A stretch of 14,037 bases of DNA from the NCBI GenBank assembly GCA_019057635.1, contig DXJL01000088.1, positions 1 through 14,037 on the forward strand, in the 5' to 3' direction. Under the pieces are notes generated by a model, which saw nothing but the letters and a program-made list of their open reading frames with translations, did no database searches and was not told the DNA's origin. Numbering within the stretch: position 1 is the stretch's first letter; each line of letters starts with the position of its first letter. This DNA is from Candidatus Heimdallarchaeota archaeon (GTDB lineage Archaea > Asgardarchaeota > Heimdallarchaeia > Hodarchaeales > Hodarchaeaceae). The position numbers were made by a program, and so were the translations under genes. Positions 7,652 to 14,037 of the stretch are shown here, one piece after another.

Positions 7652-7798
7652 GCCCTACTCTCACAATATCACTAAGCTATTATAATGTGAAATGTTAGGA
7701 GAGTATTATTATAGCAATTAGACGTAATAGTCTTAAATTAATGAAATTCAGCTTGCTCTCGTCCTAAGAAAGCAAATAGGTCGGAAAGGTCGAAAAAA

Positions 7799-8974
7799 TT
7801 GCCTTTGTTTACGTCTGAAGTCACTTGGTCACTTGTTATACAAATGATAATTCTGGTTTTCGAATTATCACTAATTTATTTTATCACACGTAAGTATTTC
7901 AGGTCAGAATACTCCAGAATCTTAATTGTACTCCTCTTCGCTCTGACAGCAGACCTTGTTTCTAATGGGTTAAATATTAGTAGCATGTTTATGTCACAAG
8001 CAAATCTTAATTTATTCCAATACGTTGAAACCCTTAATTTATTGAGCTCCATAATATCTATGTATTTCTTACTATTATTCTTCGAATATTTTGAACATGA
8101 GACGTTATTTACTCAACAACAAATGCTGAGCACGATTCTAACGACCGTAGCAGGGATTTTCGTACTATTCGCAACACCTCAAGCTATTTGGGTGGACGAA
8201 GGGCAATTGTACTTTCAGAGTCTTGATTCTCCGTCAATCTTGTTTCTAGGCTTGTTTTCGTGTATTTTAGGCATTCTTATAATTTCTACCTTATATAAAA
8301 GTCTTACAGATGTTTGGATTACCCAAAGAGGACAATTAATAACTATGATTGTTAGTGTATCAATTATTGCATTTGCACCTCTTACTATATCTTTAGTATT
8401 TTTACTATTTACATTTCCATCATCATTCCTCACCGAGTCAGTGGTAAGAGGGATAACCTTCTTAGGATTTGCCGTGTTAACGTACCCTTTTGGCAGTGTA
8501 AGACATTATAGTCACTACAATCGCCGAAAAGCAGACAAGATACTTGTAACAAACTTGAATGGAATTCCTCTATTTCATTATGACTTCAAGGAAAACGTCC
8601 ATTATATCAATGAAACGTTGTTTTCTGGAGCTGTCGTTGCGATAACAATGCTGATGTCTGAATCCATTAAATCCTCCTCTCCAATCGCTGAAGTACTCAT
8701 GAAAAACAAATATAGGTTAATGCTTGAGACAAAGCAATCGTTTATTGCTTTAATTCTCACCCCTCAAGCCAATTCGTATCTTAGAGATTCTATTGAACGT
8801 TTTTCAACCGCATTCGATCAAAAATTCACTTCAATTATTACTTCTGGCGAAATTTTGGATCTTAACCTTTTCGTTAAAAGCGGACTCAGTTTGTTATACG
8901 AAAATTTTGGTATTTCTACTGCAAATGTAAGAGAGATGATTGCCTCATTAACTTTTGAAGAGACATTTTCGTGA
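7799..8974 (+). CDS. 7TM membrane protein with a C-terminal longin-like domain
   Basis: Seven hydrophobic segments in aa ~8-232, then a soluble domain ILVTNLNGIPLFHYDF...ETLFSGAVVAITMLMSE...YRLMLE...FIALIL...YLRDSIERFSTAFDQKF with a longin-like beta-beta-alpha-beta-beta-beta-alpha-alpha pattern. TTG start. Confidence 0.72.
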   Translation: MPLFTSEVTWSLVIQMIILVFELSLIYFITRKYFRSEYSRILIVLLFALTADLVSNGLNISSMFMSQANLNLFQYVETLNLLSSIISMYFLLLFFEYFEHETLFTQQQMLSTILTTVAGIFVLFATPQAIWVDEGQLYFQSLDSPSILFLGLFSCILGILIISTLYKSLTDVWITQRGQLITMIVSVSIIAFAPLTISLVFLLFTFPSSFLTESVVRGITFLGFAVLTYPFGSVRHYSHYNRRKADKILVTNLNGIPLFHYDFKENVHYINETLFSGAVVAITMLMSESIKSSSPIAEVLMKNKYRLMLETKQSFIALILTPQANSYLRDSIERFSTAFDQKFTSIITSGEILDLNLFVKSGLSLLYENFGISTANVREMIASLTFEETFS

Positions 8975-9131
8975 GAAATTGCTAAATGGACAACAGAATC
9001 TTTTACACTTAATTTTCAGTTGCTATACGTTGATAATTCAGAAGCGTTTTTTAGAAACCACTCTAGAGAATTTCATACCAGAACTTTTTCTAGAATTCTC
9101 ACACTTGATTCACCATAGGACCATTAGCGCA

Positions 9132-11360
9132 ATGTATGACATAAATAAATCTCAAGCTAACCTCATAAAAGAGTTGAAAGATTCTAGGTTTCGAATTAAA
9201 GAATTAGAGGTAATGATATCCACGCTTAATAAGGAATTAGTAAAATTTCGATCAATATCAGAAGAAGCTAATGATGGAATTGTCATTGTTCAAGATGGAT
9301 TAATAAAATATGCAAATCAACGGTTAGAGTCCATGATTGGATTTAAAGTTGTTGATGCATTAAATTCTCCATTTGTTGATTACATTCATCCATTAGTCCT
9401 TCCTATTGTACGTGAACGATATCAGAAAAGGATGGCAGGTGAATTAGTTCCTTCACTATATGAGATTTTCCTGAAGAGAAGTGATGGTGAACCAGTAGTC
9501 GTAGAAATCAATGCAAAACTTATCAAATTTCAAGGGACGAACGCTGATCTTATTATAGTTCGAGATATTTCGGAAAGACAACTTCTTGAACAAAGAATTA
9601 CCTCGTTTTTAGAAGCATCTCCAGATGGTTATTTTCTTTTCGACTCTGATCTCCGGTTAATAGATACCAACAAAGCAGGAATAAATAGATTCCCAGAAGG
9701 AACTATGAAAGGAGATCTCATCAATAAACATATTACTGAACTAGTTCCAGACCTATCAGCTAGCGAACGATATTTAGAATATCAGAAATGCCTCAAAACA
9801 GGCATACCTGTGCAGATTGACAACTTTATTGCTGATCCAAAATTTGGTAAACGAAATTTATCTGTAAGAGCATTTAAAGTTGGGAATGGATTAGGTATAA
9901 TTTCAAGCGATATTACAGATCGTGTAAAGGCCGAAAAAGCTGTTAGCAGGACTAAACAGCAACTACAGGATATGTTTGATAATTCACCTAATGCTGTGTA
10001 TATACGGGATTTAGAAGGAAAATATTTACTTGTGAATAAGGTCTGGTGTGAACGAACTGGATTGAAACAACAGAATGCGCTAGGAAAAACCTCTAATGAT
10101 CTATTTAAAGATCTAGATTATGAATTATGGAGTGATCACGAAAAATTGGTTTTGGCGAGGGGGGAGTCCATGCAATTTGAGGAGGTCGGACGAACAACAG
10201 GGCGATCTTATCTCGCTACTAAGTTCCCCCTGAAAAATGAAAACGACGAAATTTATGCTCTTTGTAACACTTCGATTGATATTACAGACCGAATATCAAT
10301 TGAAGGGGCTCTAAACACCAGTGAAGAAAAATATAGAATGTTAGTCGAAAAGATGGAAGAAGCAGTCTTTCTCGAGGATCATAAAGGAGATATAACATTT
10401 GTAAATCCAAAGGGAGTTGAAATGATTGGATCCTCAGAAGAAGAAATTCTAGGTAAACATTGGACGGTATTTACTCCTGATGAATCATTGGAAAAGTCCA
10501 TCCGAGAAACTGAAAAGCGTCCCCTAGGTATGTCTAGTACATATGAATCCTTTATGAAAACAAAAGACGGTGAAAAGGTTCCAGTCAAAATTACCGCCAC
10601 ACCTCTCTTTACAGAGGACAATAAATTCAATGGAGTACTATGTGTATCTACTGATATGACTGAAAGATTGGTAGTAGAAGAAAAATTGAAAAATGTAAAA
10701 AGAGAAGAAGAGTTATATCATACCATGCAATCCCATTTTATTAAAAATGATTTACAAAAGATAACGTTTGCTTTGGAGTTAATGGGGCGTAGTAATGATG
10801 TTAAAACAGAGAAAGATCTCCAGAAAATTATCACCGTATGTCACCGAGCTTCACAAACAATAGATAGGGTGGATAAAATCTATTCTGTTTTGCAATCGGA
10901 TTTTAATTCGAATATTACCTCTTTTAAACAAAGATCACTGTGGAGAACGATACGTGAAACCGCATCAATGTATGGGGTTTCTGTAAATATTTTATGTGAG
11001 GATTTAGGAATATACATCTTAATCGATGATAATTTTGAAGACCTACTTTCAGAAATACTTGAATATATCTCTAAATCAACAATCCAAGGAGCAACCGTCT
11101 CTTGTAGCTGGATTTTTGAGGAATCGAAATTCATTCTCAAGATTATAGATCAAGATACTGATCCTTTACCGATTGATTTATGTGATCGGATTTCACAAGC
11201 AGTTACAGAAGAGTGGGAGAGCTTAGGGCATTACAGTGGATTAACGCTCGCCTCAGTCATTGCTCAGTATTATAAAGGAAAACTAGTCATTACTCCATCA
11301 GACGGGAGAGGAAATGAATTTCGACTTGAGTTGCCCTCTGATTTAATAGTCAGGTTATAA
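9132..11360 (+). CDS. Cytoplasmic multi-PAS sensor, histidine-kinase-like (4 PAS + HisKA-like + degenerate HATPase)
   Basis: PAS ends RDISER, SDITDR, IDITDR, TDMTER; H-box SHFIKNDLQKI; C-terminal YYKGKLVITPSDGRGNEFRLELP. Start re-assigned to ATG 9132 (followed by the coiled coil KSQANLIKELKDSRFRIKELE), which avoids overlap with the upstream gene. Confidence 0.88.
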   Translation: MYDINKSQANLIKELKDSRFRIKELEVMISTLNKELVKFRSISEEANDGIVIVQDGLIKYANQRLESMIGFKVVDALNSPFVDYIHPLVLPIVRERYQKRMAGELVPSLYEIFLKRSDGEPVVVEINAKLIKFQGTNADLIIVRDISERQLLEQRITSFLEASPDGYFLFDSDLRLIDTNKAGINRFPEGTMKGDLINKHITELVPDLSASERYLEYQKCLKTGIPVQIDNFIADPKFGKRNLSVRAFKVGNGLGIISSDITDRVKAEKAVSRTKQQLQDMFDNSPNAVYIRDLEGKYLLVNKVWCERTGLKQQNALGKTSNDLFKDLDYELWSDHEKLVLARGESMQFEEVGRTTGRSYLATKFPLKNENDEIYALCNTSIDITDRISIEGALNTSEEKYRMLVEKMEEAVFLEDHKGDITFVNPKGVEMIGSSEEEILGKHWTVFTPDESLEKSIRETEKRPLGMSSTYESFMKTKDGEKVPVKITATPLFTEDNKFNGVLCVSTDMTERLVVEEKLKNVKREEELYHTMQSHFIKNDLQKITFALELMGRSNDVKTEKDLQKIITVCHRASQTIDRVDKIYSVLQSDFNSNITSFKQRSLWRTIRETASMYGVSVNILCEDLGIYILIDDNFEDLLSEILEYISKSTIQGATVSCSWIFEESKFILKIIDQDTDPLPIDLCDRISQAVTEEWESLGHYSGLTLASVIAQYYKGKLVITPSDGRGNEFRLELPSDLIVRL

Positions 11361-11477
11361 ATAAAGCTCATTTAGAAATTCATACGTGGATTGACTTGGA
11401 CGATTAGAAAAAAGGGAGTTTCTTAATTGTATTATGATAGATTCCAAGAATCTTACCTTTATAATAATCGCTCCAAC

Positions 11478-11491
11478 AGAAACTTATAATT
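11478..11491 (+). promoter_or_regulatory. Putative BRE/TATA promoter for a leaderless transcript
   Basis: AGAAAC-TTATAA with TTATAA at 11484-11489, 26 nt before ATG 11516, which is typical archaeal spacing. Confidence 0.5.
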
Positions 11492-11515
11492 AGAATTGAG
11501 TATCAAGCCAGCATA

Positions 11516-12193
11516 ATGAGAAGTAATATTGCTTGGATTCGACTTACAATTTACTTGAGTTCGAGTCTTCTTTTATTGACCGAGATCTATCGCCTCTCCC
11601 TGATTCTATTGAGATTTATAATTATAGCACCCCCCTTAATGGCATTCTTACAATATATCATGCAATGGGGATTATTACTAGGATTCAGTGGTTTCACATT
11701 CGGATTATACCGCATTCTAGGAGCTCATCCACCCGTACTCGACTTAAAAGACTACTCTGTGTCTGATCTCATCATTTAGGGTAGAGTAAATTTAATTATT
11801 AGCATTCTCCTCGGAATCAAGATTCTTCTCCCTCCTACCCCATTAGTATCTCCTGGAATCTTCATTCTGTTTTCTACTTTAGTAAGTGCGTCATGGTTAC
11901 TCTTTTATTCCTTATTGGTTATATGGATAATTTTCTACTGGAAAATAATACTGAGGGAGAAGAATATCAATGCTATCCTATTCAATAAACGGATTGCTAT
12001 CCACTTGATTCTGGGTACACTCGTTACGGGCTATTGGTTTTTAGAATCAGCTTCATTAATCATATTTCAGAATGCAATTTCCGCTATCGATCCAGTTAAC
12101 TTAACATATATCATTATTCTAATTCTTTTCTTATTCAACCAAAATTTGTTGTTCTTCCGAGTAACAAAATTCTCTTATTTAATTTACGGATAA
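11516..12193 (+). pseudogene. Single ~225-aa membrane protein gene interrupted by one in-frame TAG
   Basis: ORFs 11516-11779 and 11915-12193 share a frame. After TAG 11777-11779 the frame stays open (GRVNLIISILLGIKILLPPTPLVSPGIFILFSTLVSASWLLFYSL) to TAA 12193. Confidence 0.72.
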
Positions 12194-12209
12194 GAGAAAC
12201 TTCCTGTGT

Positions 12210-13415
12210 TTAGATTTTTGCTGCTATATCTGATGGAATCTTTAGTGAGGTTAGATTTACCATTAAAGTTTTCCAATTCTTCTGGAACTCGAAATACTTC
12301 TCACTTGTATTACGACATTCCTCATGTATCTCTTTGAAATAAAAATCAATATCCTTCATATGGTCTAAAAATTGAGTAACATCCTCTAACTCAACTAATG
12401 CTTCCTTGTTTTGGAAAATGTTGTAGAGAAGCTCGGTCAGTATGATTTTTCCCTCGGTTTGACGAAGAAAGTATCCTGGATAGGGATCGAATTCGGATGG
12501 ATCAACCTTCATATGCTCGAGCTTATATTTAGAATATAGAAAGCGATGGATATCCTGCCGAAATTTGATTTTATATGATGTAGAAACATTTGGAGGCTCA
12601 TGTTTTATCGAAAGCGATCGATCTAGTTTTGCTTCAAAACCAAAATATTTAACGCTACGCAAGTAATCCATATCTTCTCCTCTCGCAATTAAGGGGTCGA
12701 ATGGTACTTGTTCCCAACATTTCCTATGGATGACCAGATTTCCACCTAGGGCAAACGGTGTATCAACTAAACGTTCAGATTTAGAGTCAGTGATAATCCG
12801 AAAAGCCTCATTCATCAATTTTTCCTTTTCCCAAACAAGATTCCACCAGAGAGTTTGTGATTCATCAAGAAAAATCGACCCATCAGCATTCACATAGTAC
12901 CCCGCAACCACACCTAAAATCTTATTCTTCACTTGAGAACCAATGAACTCAGTGGCAGTTTGCAAAAACAAATGATCTGTAACTATTTCATCATCATCAA
13001 TGAGAAGAACAATATTGTAATCAAGTATATGGGGAAGAAGTAAACACAGATTTCGAACATTTCCATATCCTTTATTTGATATCAACTTTGCTGAATTTAA
13101 TGAGAGTTTTTCCTCAATAAACGATTTTAGAATACTGTATTCCTTAGAACCAAAATAATTAATTCGATACGAAGGGGTAGAGCTCTCGATTAGTTCTAAT
13201 ACTGATCTGTCCATGTCTTTTCCTATTGAAGTTCTAGTGGGACAACCTATCACTAATACATCAAACTTACCAGTGATTTTCTCAAATGACTTCAAAGTTT
13301 TCGAGAGGGTTTCACAGGAATTTAGCAGATCTGTTGGGTGGTCATATACAACATCAGTCTCTGTTATTGGTCCTTGAGACCAATAAGAAGGAACAACAAT
13401 TACTGGTTTTTTCAA
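12210..13415 (-). CDS. GT-A fold (GT2-like) glycosyltransferase
   Basis: VIVVPSY first strand, GYGNVRN, LLIDDDE (DxD), ALGGNLVI, RGEDMDY and IKHEPP. TTG start, 24 nt downstream of the phosphorylase gene. Confidence 0.85.
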   Translation of the reverse strand: MKKPVIVVPSYWSQGPITETDVVYDHPTDLLNSCETLSKTLKSFEKITGKFDVLVIGCPTRTSIGKDMDRSVLELIESSTPSYRINYFGSKEYSILKSFIEEKLSLNSAKLISNKGYGNVRNLCLLLPHILDYNIVLLIDDDEIVTDHLFLQTATEFIGSQVKNKILGVVAGYYVNADGSIFLDESQTLWWNLVWEKEKLMNEAFRIITDSKSERLVDTPFALGGNLVIHRKCWEQVPFDPLIARGEDMDYLRSVKYFGFEAKLDRSLSIKHEPPNVSTSYKIKFRQDIHRFLYSKYKLEHMKVDPSEFDPYPGYFLRQTEGKIILTELLYNIFQNKEALVELEDVTQFLDHMKDIDFYFKEIHEECRNTSEKYFEFQKNWKTLMVNLTSLKIPSDIAAKI

Positions 13416-13439
13416 TTTATATCAGCCTAGGAACAGTTT

Positions 13440-14036
13440 TTATCGGAGCCAACTTATTTGATAAGGGGATAAGGTAATTCCAAGTTCTTCTCCGTGAGCA
13501 GGAATATTGTACGTTTGATTAGTGATTAAATCTGTCAAAACAGATGTATGCAATCCTAATTGAGAACAATCAACAACGAAAGATTTATCAGAATCGGATA
13601 CATTTACTAGAGCAATAATTTTATCTGTAGGGGTAGAAGATGACAAAAGCACTGATACGACACTTTCATTAAGAGCTAAGACTTCAAAAGATCCATCTAG
13701 ATCAAACGCCGATTCTCTCTTACGTATTGAAATTAATTCCAATATTTTATCCAATACTCTGAACATTTGTGATCCGTCATTCTGTAGTGTGGAAGTTATC
13801 TCCTTCTCCCAAAGAATTTCTCTATTTATTGATCGATTCTCATCTAGAGGATTCTTGTTATTACTAACCCCCAATAATCCATTAATATAGATTGAGGGAA
13901 CACCTTTGATCATTAATCCTAATGCAAAGACTGCAAGATAACGATTTAGTTGAAGCTCAACACTTTCCGAAGAATTTTCCTTATTAATAAAATTCCAAGG
14001 GGTAGAACACAATTCATAAACAATTTCTTGCCCTCC
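13440..14036 (-). CDS. C-terminal part of a GH13_18 sucrose-phosphorylase-family enzyme, probably glucosylglycerate phosphorylase (partial)
   Basis: Frame is open to the window edge: GGQEIVYELCSTPW...RYLAVFALGLMIKGVPSIYINGLLG...ENRSINR...IRKRESAF...ALVNVS...LTDLIT...LSPYQISWL. The tracked 14012 start is internal. Confidence 0.82.
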   Translation of the reverse strand, partial: GGQEIVYELCSTPWNFINKENSSESVELQLNRYLAVFALGLMIKGVPSIYINGLLGVSNNKNPLDENRSINREILWEKEITSTLQNDGSQMFRVLDKILELISIRKRESAFDLDGSFEVLALNESVVSVLLSSSTPTDKIIALVNVSDSDKSFVVDCSQLGLHTSVLTDLITNQTYNIPAHGEELGITLSPYQISWLR

Positions 14037-14037
14037 A

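Larger units (their letters stand above)
5714..7655 (-). mobile_element. IS607-family insertion sequence (tnpA + tnpB), ends inferred
   Basis: HTH-serine recombinase overlapping tnpB, no terminal inverted repeats, shared subterminal motif TATCAAATG (5753-5761 and 7620-7628), and minus-strand GG at both inferred ends (TAGGG 7657-7653; TAAGG 5718-5714). The family call is strong; the exact ends are less certain. Confidence 0.88.

Noticed and set aside
5567-7750. 11-bp inverted repeat TGAATTTCATT (5567-5577) / AATGAAATTCA (7740-7750) flanking the IS
   Set aside because: AT-rich and short; IS607 elements lack terminal IRs, and inverting the segment does not restore the TetR gene.
7778-7792. AGGTCG direct repeat just before the 7TM gene
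   Set aside because: Two hexamers only; indistinguishable from chance or an RBS variant.
8955-9131. 59-aa N-terminal extension of the PAS sensor in the ORF track
   Set aside because: Overlaps the upstream gene and looks intergenic; ATG 9132 gives a typical coiled-coil start.
8215-11140. Minus-strand ORFs 8215-8433, 10379-10630 and 10880-11140
   Set aside because: All are antisense to long, well-supported genes.
11533-11766. 77-aa alternative-frame ORF
   Set aside because: Nested in the membrane gene frame, which has the properly spaced promoter and ATG.
13286-13477. 63-aa + strand ORF
   Set aside because: Antisense across the GT/phosphorylase junction.
1-14037. CRISPR array, tRNA/rRNA, group I intron (IStron) or global stop-codon reassignment
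   Set aside because: No regular repeat-spacer array or RNA-gene signature seen. The IS left end is only ~70 nt, too short for an intron core. TAA, TGA and TAG all terminate credible genes.

Overview
AT-rich accessory region that looks archaeal. The evidence is TATA/BRE-like promoters, GAGGTG/GTGAT ribosome-binding sites, frequent TTG starts and a multi-TM protein ending in a longin-like domain, which together suggest an Asgard archaeon (inference, no search run). Left part: the tail of an RDD-family gene, a YdjM-like membrane hydrolase, two flavodoxin-fold genes (the second frameshifted at its start), a degenerate metallo-beta-lactamase-fold gene, an EamA transporter, a 10-TM protein built of five internal repeats, and small gene remnants including a TetR-like C-terminus. 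Middle: an apparently intact ~1.94 kb IS607-family element (serine-recombinase tnpA plus tnpB with a rearranged RuvC site), with inferable ends and a likely omega-RNA. Right part: a 7TM-longin-like fusion, a four-PAS histidine-kinase-like protein with a degenerate ATPase domain, a membrane gene split by one in-frame TAG, a GT-A glycosyltransferase and the 3' end of a GH13_18 sugar phosphorylase. The best candidates for new biology are the 7TM-longin/PAS pseudo-kinase pair, the IS607 TnpB/omega-RNA with its reconstructable target, and the five-repeat membrane protein.
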